Sequence record: ON286974
Direction: 5' to 3' (one strand)
From: Escherichia phage W115
DNA: 64,000 nucleotides
The notes beneath the pieces were generated by a model. It did not search any database and was not told the origin of the DNA. It saw nothing but the letters and a program-made list of their open reading frames with translations. Both the position numbers and the translations under genes were made by a program. Below are positions 35,964 through 45,446 of the stretch, piece by piece. The number at the start of each line of letters is the position of its first letter. The stretch's first letter is position 1.

Positions 35964-35967
35964 CTTT

Positions 35968-36186
35968 TTACTTGTTGTATTCATTCCACCACTGGGTGAG
36001 CTTATCAATTATTTTTGTGTTTCTATCCAACTTCTCCCACCGTTTTCTAGGGTTTATCAACCGGAATAGGTAAGGTGTACTTGTTAAGTGAACTCGGTCA
36101 ATGTAGTGATTGATGTACTGCTTTTCGATTCTAAGTTTCATCTTTTTACGATGAAAATATGCAATGACTTGTTCTTCTGTTTCCAT
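35968..36186 (-). CDS. hypothetical protein (72 aa)
   Basis: Track ORF. Confidence 0.5.
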   Translation of the reverse strand: METEEQVIAYFHRKKMKLRIEKQYINHYIDRVHLTSTPYLFRLINPRKRWEKLDRNTKIIDKLTQWWNEYNK

Positions 36187-36204
36187 ATGTTCCTCCGTTT
36201 CGAT

Positions 36205-36242
36205 GGGTGCATTATGCTATACCCCGATCCGATTGTCAACAC
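36205..36242 (-). promoter_or_regulatory. PeSL-type early promoter 16
   Basis: TTGACA ... TAATGC, CGAAACGGAGGAACAT-ATG. Confidence 0.45.
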
Positions 36243-36249
36243 CCAATAA

Positions 36250-36286
36250 CAAAAAAGTCGCCACTATGGGCGACTTTGAACAAACA
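36250..36286 (-). terminator. intrinsic terminator
   Basis: agtcgcc-catagt-ggcgact hairpin then TTTTTT on the minus strand. Confidence 0.55.
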
Positions 36287-36763
36287 TTAATCATGACCGT
36301 GATTTGCAATATCCGCTCGCGTCTTATCTTTGTGATTTCCTACGTCAAAGACACGATAACCATTTTCACGCAAAACTTTAATCACTTCTGGGTTATCCTC
36401 AAAGACTCCGACAACTTCATCTTTATCAAAGGATTTAATTACCTCTAATTTTATGTGATAGTCTTTACGGGAATCGGTACGGCCTCTCATAAAGATTTTA
36501 TCAAAACACACCCCGTTAGAAATTAACCAATCAATTGTTTCCATGTAAGCATGTGAACTTCGTCCGGTGAGGATGTAAATCAAATGCCCGTTGTCGGAAA
36601 GAGCATTAATAACACGAATTACATCGTAAATGGGGGAATCACCCCCACATGCCTTGTTATATTCGATCCATGACTCGACTTTATCAAGATTTTCAGTTGG
36701 CATCTTTGCTAGTCGATGCGTTGGATCTGTGATCGTAAAATCTAAATCGACAAAATATATCAT
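36287..36763 (-). CDS. HAD-superfamily phosphatase-like protein
   Basis: 158 aa; motif I FVDLDFTIT (DxDxT), ILTGR, downstream Lys and acidic motifs; 4-nt overlap with nrdB. Confidence 0.55.
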   Translation of the reverse strand: MIYFVDLDFTITDPTHRLAKMPTENLDKVESWIEYNKACGGDSPIYDVIRVINALSDNGHLIYILTGRSSHAYMETIDWLISNGVCFDKIFMRGRTDSRKDYHIKLEVIKSFDKDEVVGVFEDNPEVIKVLRENGYRVFDVGNHKDKTRADIANHGHD

Positions 36764-37920
36764 AGATATTTCCCGAATCGGTTGTAGTCATCGTCTGTTA
36801 AATCGGTATTAACCTGAGATACCAGATACATAATCTCTACTTCCTGCGCTGCATTCTGTACTTCGTCAGAGTTCAACCATTTACGCATCCACGGTAACGG
36901 ATGACGACGAACACTAAACGGGCTTTTCAGTCCGGCAGCACGCATACGGGAATCTGCCAGGTATTCTACATAGGTTTTCAGAATTTCCGGTGACAGGTTA
37001 GGAATTGCCCCCATTGCGAATAGGTGGTCTACCCATTCTTTTTCTTGCTCGACAACATCCAGAAAGATTTTCGTTGCTTCGCCTTCAAGTTCTTCCGCAA
37101 TCTGTTTCCACTCATCACCATCAACCCCCGTTTGCCATTGACGAATAATGTATTGTGTGCCTTTTAAGTGAAGTTGTTCATCACGCGCAATAAATTTCAT
37201 GATCTTCGCGTTACCTTCCAGTAAACCACGTTCGGCAAAGCTGAAAGTACATGCAAAGGACACATAAAAACGAATTGCTTCCAGTGCATTGACGCAGTGT
37301 GCACACAGATAAATCGAAGCCATCAGATCTCGTTTTGTATCTTCAAAAAATCTTCTTGCATCATCTAATGCTGTCTGGTCGTCTCGTTCTTCCCAATAAC
37401 GGAGATCTTCTTTTGCATTCTCATACTTACGAATCCAATAAAGAACATCATCATAATATTTCCCGATAGATTCCGCTCGCTTCATGATAGCAGGGTTATC
37501 GATGATCTGGTCGAACTCACTAGCCGGATCAATGAAACAGTTACGCATAATGTGTGTATAGCTTCGGCTATGAATTGTTTCGCTGAATGTCCATGTTTGC
37601 AACCATGTATCGAGAGTTGGATCAGATACAATTGGACCAAATGCTGCGGACGGTGCGCGACCTTGAATAGAATCAAGTAATGTCTGATACTTCAAGTTTT
37701 CTGTGAAGAAACGCTTTTCGACGTCACCCATATTAAGATATTGAATGCGGTCAGTTGCAAGCGAGATCTCTTCTGGACGCCAGAAAAATGACAATTGCTT
37801 TTCGATCAGTTCTTCAAATACTTGATGACGCTGAATATCATAGCGAGCGATACCCAACCCACTACCCAGAAACATTGGTTCGTTCATAATATCAACATGT
37901 TCGCGGTTAAATACGCTCAT
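36760..37920 (-). CDS. nrdB: ribonucleotide reductase small subunit
   Basis: 386 aa; diiron/radical site context (FIARDEQLHLKGT) and overall R2 pattern; position next to nrdA. Confidence 0.9.
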   Translation of the reverse strand: MSVFNREHVDIMNEPMFLGSGLGIARYDIQRHQVFEELIEKQLSFFWRPEEISLATDRIQYLNMGDVEKRFFTENLKYQTLLDSIQGRAPSAAFGPIVSDPTLDTWLQTWTFSETIHSRSYTHIMRNCFIDPASEFDQIIDNPAIMKRAESIGKYYDDVLYWIRKYENAKEDLRYWEERDDQTALDDARRFFEDTKRDLMASIYLCAHCVNALEAIRFYVSFACTFSFAERGLLEGNAKIMKFIARDEQLHLKGTQYIIRQWQTGVDGDEWKQIAEELEGEATKIFLDVVEQEKEWVDHLFAMGAIPNLSPEILKTYVEYLADSRMRAAGLKSPFSVRRHPLPWMRKWLNSDEVQNAAQEVEIMYLVSQVNTDLTDDDYNRFGKYL

Positions 37921-37935
37921 TAATTCACCTCACTA

Positions 37936-38103
37936 TCACTTTTTAACACAAAAGAACTTAGTATTTCTGTTTATTTCGCTATCCTGCTGCAATTCCTGCA
38001 CAGCTTCAAAACAATTTTGATATGATGAAAACTCTACGCTGGTAACAGTTCCTTTATTATATACGCCTACGCTAACGGAAAGCAATAACCATAATGTAGC
38101 CAT
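37936..38103 (-). CDS. small protein with hydrophobic N-terminus (55 aa), tandem paralog
   Basis: Manual ORF MATLWLLLSVSVGVYNKG...; start overlaps the stop of the next ORF (TAATG). Confidence 0.3.
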   Translation of the reverse strand: MATLWLLLSVSVGVYNKGTVTSVEFSSYQNCFEAVQELQQDSEINRNTKFFCVKK

Positions 38104-38276
38104 TAGTTCACCTTTTGTTTTTCAACGCAATATAGATTCATAAAGCGTTTATTGTCTTCGCGGATAATCTCGCGAACTTTAACGCAATCCTGCTTTGTTG
38201 CAAACTCAATGCTTGACATATTTCCGTAATTATACATTGAATTGCTGATTGCAATCAATAACCATACAGTAGCCAT
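38103..38276 (-). CDS. small protein with hydrophobic N-terminus (57 aa), tandem paralog
   Basis: Manual ORF MATVWLLIAISNSMYNYG...; paralogous to the 37936..38103 ORF. Confidence 0.3.
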   Translation of the reverse strand: MATVWLLIAISNSMYNYGNMSSIEFATKQDCVKVREIIREDNKRFMNLYCVEKQKVN

Positions 38277-38443
38277 TATCCTACAACCTCAAAACATTTA
38301 TCATCAGGAAGAATCGCCCATTCTACACCGTATTCATCCTCGACGTAGTAGCAAGTCCCATCATGTCGAGCATCATATTCATCACCAACAACAAAGCTAT
38401 CAGCTAGCTCAAAATCTACAGCAACACATTTTAATTTGGTCAT
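38276..38443 (-). CDS. small acidic protein (55 aa)
   Basis: Track ORF trimmed to remove promoter read-through; real start MTKLKCVAVDF... Confidence 0.4.
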   Translation of the reverse strand: MTKLKCVAVDFELADSFVVGDEYDARHDGTCYYVEDEYGVEWAILPDDKCFEVVG

Positions 38444-38471
38444 AATAAAATACTCACTTGTTTTTGATGGT

Positions 38472-38506
38472 TGTATTATAGCGGGGATTTCTCCCCGCGT
38501 CAACAC
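38472..38506 (-). promoter_or_regulatory. PeSL early promoter cassette 17
   Basis: TTGACG - palindrome CGGGGAGAAATCCCCG - TATAAT, immediately downstream of the nrdA stop. Confidence 0.55.
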
Positions 38507-38511
38507 TTATT

Positions 38512-40755
38512 TTACAGCTTGCAAGATGAGCACTCGCTAGCGTCTTCCGTACCATCAGCACCGTCGCGAACGTTCGCATAATACAGGGTTTTCAGACCGT
38601 AATATTGAGCAAACAACATATCATCTAACACATCAGCAATATCGACTTTACCAGTCTTATAAGTGCTTGGATCGTATGATGTATTGGAACTAATCGCCTG
38701 ATCCACAAACTTCTGCATGATCGCTGCCAGTGTCAGATAAGGCTTGTTACCTTTCTTGATCAGTGTCCAAAGCAGGTCAATAACATCAGCATTATTCTCT
38801 ACGTTCGGAATAACCTGATTAAATTGCCCTTCTTTCGATCCTTTAACCGATACAATCCCGCGAGGCGGTTCAATACCATTTGTGCTGTTAGACACCTGAG
38901 AGGACGACTCACAAGGCATCAGAGCCGAAAGCGTACTATTACGAATGCCATATTTTTTCAGGTCTTCGCGCAGTTCTTCCCAATCCATCTCATACACCGG
39001 ATCAACCAGTTCATCTACTGTCTTTTTGTACCAGTCGATAGGCAGTTCACCGCGACCATAACGTGTTTCGTGCATCAGTTCGCAAGCACCCTTCTCTTTT
39101 GCTAGCTGCACACTAGCTTTAATCAGAGCATATTGCAAGCGTTCAAACGTTTTATGCGTAAACTCGCTAGCGTCTTCATATGTGAAGAAATTATCCGCGA
39201 GATACGATGCAAAGTTAGTCACCCCAACACCCAGAGAGCGACGTTTTTTGGCTGTCAGAGCTTGCTCTACAGGATAATCCTGATAATCTAACAGGTTGTC
39301 AAGTGCACGCACCATAACCATAGCAATGCGTTCTACTTCTTCCATGTTTTCGATATCGAAATTACCTAAAACATATGCTGCCAAAGTACATAGGCTGATC
39401 TCTGAATCATCACGACCCATCGGTTTTGTTGGCAGAGCAATTTCACAACACAGGTTAGATTGTTTAATCGGTGCTACATTACGAATAAACGCCCCGTGAT
39501 TGTTCATGTTGTCTGTGAACGTTGGGTAGATTCGACCAGTGTTAAAACGTTCAATTGCCACCGCTAAAAACAGGTCTTCGGCTTTAACACGAGTTTTACG
39601 AACACTCGGATCTTTTTCCAGTTTTTCGTAAAGCTGACGGAAACCTTCCTCATCTCGGAAGTATAGATCCCACAACAAGCCACCTGCAACATCTGGACTA
39701 AACAGAGTAATGTAATCCCGTTTAAGGAATCGCTCTACCATCAGGTTATTAATCTGTACGCCGTAATCAAGATGACGAATGCGGTTATCTTCTACCCCTT
39801 TGTTATTCTTTAACACAATCAGACTTTCAAACTCTAAATGCCACATTGGGTAATAGAGAGTCGCCGCCCCGCCACGAATACCGCCTTGTGAGCATGACTT
39901 AACGGCAGTCTGAAAATGTTTCCAGAATGGGATAACGCCAGTATGACGAACTTCACCATGCCCGATCTTAGATCCTTCCGCGCGAATCATGCCAGCGTTG
40001 ATACCGATACCAGCACGCTTGCTAATATACTTAATGATTGCATTTGCGGTTTCATTAATACCCTGCAATGAGTCATCACTTTCAATCACCACACACGAAC
40101 TAAATTGGCGTGTTGGGGTACGCACACCTGCCATAATCGGAGTAGGCAGAGAGATTTGCTTATTCGCAACAGCATTATAAAAATCAATCACATGTTCAAG
40201 TCGATTTTCTGTCTCTTCTTGATGCAAGCACATACCGATCAGCATATACGCAAATTGCGGTGTTTCGATGATTTTCTTAGTGCTGCGATCCTGAACAAGA
40301 TATTTCTCTTTTAACTGCATCGCACCAGCATAGGTCATTTTAAAATCAAGTTTATGGTCGATGAATTTCTCCAGATATTCCACTTCTTCACGGGAATATT
40401 TTTGCAGAATTTCGCGATCATATTTTCCGGTTTCAATATTACGCTCAATATGGCTGTAAAAATCAATCGGTTGGAATTGACCGTATACTGATTTACGAAG
40501 CGCGAACATTGCAAGGTTACTTGCTACATATTGATAATCGGGTGTTTCGACAGTAATGTTATCTGCTGCGACCTTAATCAATACTTTCTGGATATCATTG
40601 GTAGACATACCTTCTGTCAGAAGTGGTTCAACCATATCAAACAATTCATATGGATCAACGTTATGACCTTCGGCTGCCGCTTCCAGAATTTTCATTACTT
40701 TTTCTTTTTCAAACGGAACAGTCAGACCGGAAGACTTAACAACATTTTTAATCAT
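38512..40755 (-). CDS. nrdA: ribonucleotide reductase large subunit
   Basis: 747 aa; ATP-cone N-terminus, catalytic Cys/Asn/Glu context (NLCCEI), C-terminal redox Cys pair; T4 NrdA-like length. Confidence 0.9.
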   Translation of the reverse strand: MIKNVVKSSGLTVPFEKEKVMKILEAAAEGHNVDPYELFDMVEPLLTEGMSTNDIQKVLIKVAADNITVETPDYQYVASNLAMFALRKSVYGQFQPIDFYSHIERNIETGKYDREILQKYSREEVEYLEKFIDHKLDFKMTYAGAMQLKEKYLVQDRSTKKIIETPQFAYMLIGMCLHQEETENRLEHVIDFYNAVANKQISLPTPIMAGVRTPTRQFSSCVVIESDDSLQGINETANAIIKYISKRAGIGINAGMIRAEGSKIGHGEVRHTGVIPFWKHFQTAVKSCSQGGIRGGAATLYYPMWHLEFESLIVLKNNKGVEDNRIRHLDYGVQINNLMVERFLKRDYITLFSPDVAGGLLWDLYFRDEEGFRQLYEKLEKDPSVRKTRVKAEDLFLAVAIERFNTGRIYPTFTDNMNNHGAFIRNVAPIKQSNLCCEIALPTKPMGRDDSEISLCTLAAYVLGNFDIENMEEVERIAMVMVRALDNLLDYQDYPVEQALTAKKRRSLGVGVTNFASYLADNFFTYEDASEFTHKTFERLQYALIKASVQLAKEKGACELMHETRYGRGELPIDWYKKTVDELVDPVYEMDWEELREDLKKYGIRNSTLSALMPCESSSQVSNSTNGIEPPRGIVSVKGSKEGQFNQVIPNVENNADVIDLLWTLIKKGNKPYLTLAAIMQKFVDQAISSNTSYDPSTYKTGKVDIADVLDDMLFAQYYGLKTLYYANVRDGADGTEDASECSSCKL

Positions 40756-40799
40756 ATTACCTCACTTCATATTTTAGCAGGAACAAGTTTATCCTCCAT

Positions 40800-40824
40800 A
40801 TTGGGGGCTTTCGCCCCCTTTGTT
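40800..40824. terminator. GC hairpin GGGGGCTTTCGCCCCC between td and nrdA
   Basis: Perfect 6-bp stem with 4-nt loop; the same element (reverse complement) recurs after gene 34 at about 52291. Confidence 0.4.
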
Positions 40825-42044
40825 TATACTGCCATTTGAGCGGTGATGGCTGGATGGCTTTGATAGTTGTGAATTTTAAAGTCTTTCGGAGTTTTTGTCA
40901 ATACCTCATCTAAAGATTTAAATTCCGGCAACTCAATTGTTGGTTTATCAAACGGAACACGGCTTAACTGTTCCATGACTTGATCAAAATGGTTTTTGTA
41001 AATGTGAGTATCTCCACCAGAGAAAATCAGTTCTCCTACCTCAAGATCACACATTTTCGCTATGATGTGAGTTAACAGCGCATAGCTGGCAACATTAAAG
41101 GGCAAGCCCAAAAAGCTGTCTACGCTTCGCTGAAACCACATACAAGACAGTTTACCTTCATTGACGTAGAATTGTACGAACGGATGACATACACCCAATA
41201 CAGCATTATGTGTTCCTTGTACGTTCCATGAGTCAATAATGATCCGGCGATCCGTTGGATTGTTTTTAATTTGTTCGATCACATTTTGTAACTGGTCTTC
41301 CCAAATCTTCGGGCGATAGACATATTCTTCATCGTCTTTAGTGCTTGATGTGTCTACGTCCATACTAACAAACATCGTGGTATCCGGTGCTATAATATCC
41401 CCACCCAGATAATCACTATCAAGCAGATAACCGAAATAACCGTCATCTACCCATTCCTGGAATCCCCACAAGCAATATGCATCATTAACAAAATTAGATT
41501 GAGTCTTCCAGTGGTCTGCTACCAGAATATAATCAAACTCTTCATAACGCATACCACGCCAGATAGCACATAAACGGTCTTCTGTTTCATTGGTTGGCGT
41601 AAAGTCTTCTACCCACGGGTGTTTAAATGTATGTGTATATTTGCTCTTAACGCGCTTAATTTTGATTTCACCGTGTGGATGAATCGGTTTGCGTCGCCAT
41701 GCCATGCCATACATATTGCCGACATTATAACCATTGAATCGCAAAGGATTCTTTTCTTTCATATCAAGACAGTTGCCGCGCCAAATGTCGAAGGCTTCTT
41801 CGTCAAACTTACCGCGTGTAATTTCCTGTAAGCGACGGCGGTCAAGTGATCCCTCCATAAACCATAGCAACTCGCCAATTATAGAGGCTGTAGCCATCTT
41901 TTTGGTGGTCAGTAATGGAAAACCCTTGCTTAAATCAATTCGCATCTCTGCGCCGAATTTAGAGAGCGTACCTACCCCCGTGCGGTCTTCACGAGGCCAG
42001 CCATTATCAAGAACATCACGCAACAGTTTCAAATATTCTTTCAT
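40824..42044 (-). CDS. td: thymidylate synthase with a roughly 130 aa internal insertion
   Basis: 406 aa; ThyA blocks (DRTGVGT, LLTTKK, YGMAWRR, ...SWNV..., HPFVQFYV, LSC, RSVDSFLGLPFNVASYALL, C-terminal HPAITAQMAV) plus an extra segment between the YG.QWR block and the DQL..VI..IK helix. Confidence 0.85.
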   Translation of the reverse strand: MKEYLKLLRDVLDNGWPREDRTGVGTLSKFGAEMRIDLSKGFPLLTTKKMATASIIGELLWFMEGSLDRRRLQEITRGKFDEEAFDIWRGNCLDMKEKNPLRFNGYNVGNMYGMAWRRKPIHPHGEIKIKRVKSKYTHTFKHPWVEDFTPTNETEDRLCAIWRGMRYEEFDYILVADHWKTQSNFVNDAYCLWGFQEWVDDGYFGYLLDSDYLGGDIIAPDTTMFVSMDVDTSSTKDDEEYVYRPKIWEDQLQNVIEQIKNNPTDRRIIIDSWNVQGTHNAVLGVCHPFVQFYVNEGKLSCMWFQRSVDSFLGLPFNVASYALLTHIIAKMCDLEVGELIFSGGDTHIYKNHFDQVMEQLSRVPFDKPTIELPEFKSLDEVLTKTPKDFKIHNYQSHPAITAQMAV

Positions 42045-42285
42045 CCCACATCACCTTTTTCTTGTTGATTGCTTTCTTACGCAGTTTTGCTACTGTCTCG
42101 TCAATATCGATAAAGACAACGCCACGGTCGAATACAGTTGCAGGTCTTGAGATATCGCTATTTTCTTGCACAGGAAGCCATGATGCGCTCGCTTCATCAT
42201 AGAGATATTGTAAACCGTAATAATCTACGGCTACTGCGTAGTTTTCACTGGTAGCCGTCCATAATTGAATAATACCGACTTTCAT
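42016..42285 (-). CDS. hypothetical protein
   Basis: Track ORF 42016..42312 trimmed to the first ATG. Confidence 0.4.
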   Translation of the reverse strand: MKVGIIQLWTATSENYAVAVDYYGLQYLYDEASASWLPVQENSDISRPATVFDRGVVFIDIDETVAKLRKKAINKKKVMWDERIFETVA

Positions 42286-42378
42286 TATTGTTCCCGTCCG
42301 CAATGTAAGCACCGACTACCAGCAAACATCAAAGATTCACCACAATGTTTGCACTCATAATCTGTCAGAATTTTCATG

Positions 42379-42948
42379 TTACGCCTTCTTACGTTCTAAA
42401 ATTTGTTCGCTGATCAGGTAATCATCAAGGAAGTAATTATGTTCTTCTTTGGTTGCAAAGTCAAAATATAATTCCTGAATCATTTCCTTAGAGATTCCAA
42501 CATCATATTCAAATGGATCGTTGACCCCTGAACGTTGAACATACGTTAACACAATACGGTCCGCAAAGTCAACCGCTTTTTCAATCAGGGAAGGTCCGCC
42601 GATAACACTTACCAAACCTTGCGTTTTCTCTAGGGCTTTTAACAGATCCTTCAATTCAATTCCAGTATACACATCAGGTTGGTCGCCGTTTTTAGCTTTC
42701 GGTTCTGGCTTGCTGGTATCGGTACTAATAACCACATTCAAACGTCCCCAAAGTGCTTTAGGCAGACTTTCAAAGGTATTACGTCCCATTACTACCGCAG
42801 CAAAATCAACCTCGCCAATAGTGCGGATTTTAAAGTTTTCCATATCTTTTTTGATTGGACGCCCCCACGGTAAACCGCCTTTAAAACCAAAAGCCCAATT
42901 TTCATCCGACATTTTAGTGTCACCAATCGCAAATACACATTGAATCAT
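42379..42948 (-). CDS. frd: dihydrofolate reductase
   Basis: 189 aa; DHFR pattern (GLPWGRP...DF, VVMGRNTFESLP, VISTD); N-terminus MIQCVF.. like T4 Frd. Confidence 0.85.
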   Translation of the reverse strand: MIQCVFAIGDTKMSDENWAFGFKGGLPWGRPIKKDMENFKIRTIGEVDFAAVVMGRNTFESLPKALWGRLNVVISTDTSKPEPKAKNGDQPDVYTGIELKDLLKALEKTQGLVSVIGGPSLIEKAVDFADRIVLTYVQRSGVNDPFEYDVGISKEMIQELYFDFATKEEHNYFLDDYLISEQILERKKA

Positions 42949-42963
42949 AATATAAATCTCCTA

Positions 42964-43293
42964 TCAAATCAGTTTAAAGAAGTTTTCGTTTACATTTTCT
43001 TCGGTGATTGCTGTCTTAAATTCTTGACCGTTATCCGGTGTGATGAAATAACGGTCAGAATAATCACGATAACGTTTTAAGTGAGATACACCAACATTAA
43101 CACCATTTTCCCAAAAACGAAAGGTAATCATTTTTGGTTCATATCGATAGTCGCTGGTTAACACAGTACCATCACCGCGACGGGCTTCATAAACCGTAAT
43201 ACATTCACGATTAGCGGCTTTTAGGCATTCTTCAATAGTGCCACATGAGATAATACTTACTTTTTCATCTACGATTTGTTCTACAGTCCACAT
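42964..43293 (-). CDS. hypothetical protein (109 aa)
   Basis: Trimmed to ATG with AGAGAGGA RBS. Confidence 0.5.
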   Translation of the reverse strand: MWTVEQIVDEKVSIISCGTIEECLKAANRECITVYEARRGDGTVLTSDYRYEPKMITFRFWENGVNVGVSHLKRYRDYSDRYFITPDNGQEFKTAITEENVNENFFKLI

Positions 43294-43321
43294 AATATAA
43301 TCCTCTCTTTGTTTCGATATG

Positions 43322-43355
43322 TACATTATACACTATTGCGTTACGCTGTCAACTC
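43322..43355 (-). promoter_or_regulatory. sigma70-like early promoter 18 (TTGACA-16-TATAAT)
   Basis: Read on the minus strand upstream of the 42964..43293 ORF. Confidence 0.5.
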
Positions 43356-44357
43356 TTTTTCAAAAGTTTTTACGATATACATGATAGTGCTCAATTCAGA
43401 CGGCGCGACTGTTTCTGTGTAGCCATCCGGCATATCTTCTTTTGAGATATAGGAAGTTTTACCTTTCATCGCTTCCTTGATCTTGTTCTCTAATTCTAAG
43501 ATCTTTTGACCGTCTTGTAAAGTCAATTCATAAAAGATCTCGTGGTCGAATTTAGATTTCGCTGATTGGTTTCTCATTCGTTCTTGTGTTGTTAAATTGG
43601 TTATTCCAAATTTGATTCCATAAAAACATGATTTTTTAATTAGTTTTTGAATGTATAGTGTTCCGTGTTTTAAAGTGTTGTATCCAAATCTAGCACAACT
43701 TGAACATCTATTTCCTGATAGAAACCCGTTAATTGTTGGTGTAAATGTATGACCATTACAACATTGCAATTTTAATTTTGTTGTATTTCCTTTCCATTCA
43801 CCTATAAATCCATTGAATAGTATGTTTTCTTTATCAAAGATTGGTTTAATTCTAATAATATAGTCATCTTTGGGTATTGATTTTAATTCTTTCAGTTTTA
43901 ACCGGTAGCATTCTTGGCAGCGTCTTCCATTTTTGAAATTGTTAATTGTTGGTGTAAATGTATGTCCATTACAACATTGTAGATTTAATTTTGTCGATGA
44001 CCTTTTCCATTCACCTATAAATCCATTGAATAGTATGTTTTCTTTATCAAAGATTGGAGTTAACTTATGTAGATGTTCATCTTCCGAAAAAGATTTCATC
44101 CTTCCATTCTTTATGTCTGCACATTTATGACAGCGATTTCCAGCGTTGAAATTGTTAATTGTTATTGTAAATGTATGACCATTACAACATTGCAATTTTA
44201 ATTTTGTTGTATTTCCTTTCCATTCACCTATAAATCCAATAAACTTTATATTTTCTTTAAAGAATGTTGGTTTTAATTCTTCGTAGTAATTCACTGGAGA
44301 TTTTGAATTGTGAGCTTTTCTAACCCATTCAATCTCATGTGCTTGACGTACTAACAT
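43341..44357 (-). CDS. protein with three tandem Cys/His zinc-ribbon repeats and a C-terminal T5orf172/GIY-YIG-like region
   Basis: Trimmed to ATG with GGAGGA RBS; three roughly 70-aa repeats (GFIGEWKGNTTKLKLQCCNGHTFT.TINNF..GNRC..C); C-terminus GTLYIQKL...FYGIKFGITNL...R resembles T5orf172. Confidence 0.5.
   Translation of the reverse strand: MLVRQAHEIEWVRKAHNSKSPVNYYEELKPTFFKENIKFIGFIGEWKGNTTKLKLQCCNGHTFTITINNFNAGNRCHKCADIKNGRMKSFSEDEHLHKLTPIFDKENILFNGFIGEWKRSSTKLNLQCCNGHTFTPTINNFKNGRRCQECYRLKLKELKSIPKDDYIIRIKPIFDKENILFNGFIGEWKGNTTKLKLQCCNGHTFTPTINGFLSGNRCSSCARFGYNTLKHGTLYIQKLIKKSCFYGIKFGITNLTTQERMRNQSAKSKFDHEIFYELTLQDGQKILELENKIKEAMKGKTSYISKEDMPDGYTETVAPSELSTIMYIVKTFEKELTA
43730..44275. 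repeat. three tandem copies of a roughly 210-bp coding repeat (high nucleotide identity)
   Basis: Near-identical blocks starting near 43730, 43937 and 44150 (aattgttggtgtaaatgtatgaccattacaacattgcaattttaattttgttg...), by eye. Confidence 0.7.
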
Positions 44358-44384
44358 AATTTTATCCTCCGTTGTTTCTATGGG

Positions 44385-44418
44385 TGCATTATACATTACC
44401 ACATCAGCATGTCAATAC
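44385..44418 (-). promoter_or_regulatory. sigma70-like early promoter 19 (TTGACA-16-TATAAT)
   Basis: Read on the minus strand upstream of the zinc-ribbon repeat gene. Confidence 0.5.
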
Positions 44419-44436
44419 ATTTTCATAAAATTTTAG

Positions 44437-44477
44437 GCAATAAAAAAAGCCTCCCCGAAGGAAGGCTTTAAAATTCA
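44437..44477 (-). terminator. intrinsic terminator downstream of gene 32
   Basis: aagcctcc-ccgaa-ggaaggctt hairpin plus T-run on the minus strand. Confidence 0.5.
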
Positions 44478-45446
44478 TTACATCCCTAACAGAGCGTCAA
44501 GATCATCCAGATCAGAAGCGGAGGAAGTACCGCCACCCAGATCCAGCGATGCCATCAGGTCATCAGCGGAAGAATCTAACGCCGTGCTAGCTGCGTTAAT
44601 ACCAACTACAGTGCTAGCTGCGTTAATACCAGAATCGAATGCATTCATCTGTGCGTCAAAATCGTCAAGCTGGCTGTTAATCGCTGCCGCAGCACTGGAA
44701 GCCGCAGCACCAGCTACCATAGAAACGCCCATAGTTTTCTTAAATTTGGTTTCCAGTTCATCGAACGGTTTAAACTGGCTAGGCGCTACAATCTCACTCA
44801 GGTCAACCATGTTTTCCATCAGATATTTCTGATATGCTTCGTCTTCAATTTTCGGAAGCTGTGATTGCTGCATGAAACGAGAATCATCATAGTTCTGGTG
44901 TTTATCAACCTTCTTAGCTTTCAGGAGGAAGTTAGCACCGGAGAACACACAAGTTACATCTACCGGAACTTCGCCCATGTCGGTATTCACGTTCACCATT
45001 GCAACGATCTTATCATAAATTTTCTGACCGAAGCGGAATTTGAATACCTTACCTTCATTTTCTGGTGCTTGAGGATCTTTCAGTACCAGAATGTTTGCGT
45101 AGTAAGACGCTTTACGCTTAATCAGTTGCCATTCGGTTTTATCGGTATTGTACAGGTCTTTTTCGTTAATATATTTGCACACAGGGCAAGAATCAAAATC
45201 ACCGTGGGTGCTGGAGCAGTTTTCCCAATACCATTTGCCATTAACTTTGAAGGAATGGTTTACCAGTTTCACAATCGGCAGACCGTCTTCTGTCTTCGAC
45301 GGCAGGAAGCGAATCAGGGCTTCACCGTTACCTGCTGCATCAGTCTTAATCTTCCACTCTTTCGGATCTTCTTTGGAGAAACCGTTGCCACCTTTCAGTG
45401 CGGCCAGTTGAGCTTGCAGTTTGGAAGAATCTTGGCGTTTAAACAT
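44478..45446 (-). CDS. 32: single-stranded DNA-binding protein gp32
   Basis: Start at ATG (MFKRQ...) with AAGGAA RBS; LIRFLPSK...[22 protein letters not shown]...[18 protein letters not shown]... nearly co-linear with T4 gp32; acidic C-terminus. Confidence 0.9.
   Translation of the reverse strand: MFKRQDSSKLQAQLAALKGGNGFSKEDPKEWKIKTDAAGNGEALIRFLPSKTEDGLPIVKLVNHSFKVNGKWYWENCSSTHGDFDSCPVCKYINEKDLYNTDKTEWQLIKRKASYYANILVLKDPQAPENEGKVFKFRFGQKIYDKIVAMVNVNTDMGEVPVDVTCVFSGANFLLKAKKVDKHQNYDDSRFMQQSQLPKIEDEAYQKYLMENMVDLSEIVAPSQFKPFDELETKFKKTMGVSMVAGAAASSAAAAINSQLDDFDAQMNAFDSGINAASTVVGINAASTALDSSADDLMASLDLGGGTSSASDLDDLDALLGM

Noticed and set aside
40824-42044. Group I intron in td, as in phage T4
   Set aside because: The ORF is continuous across the whole gene with no stop codons; the extra sequence is in-frame coding and is reported as an insertion domain instead
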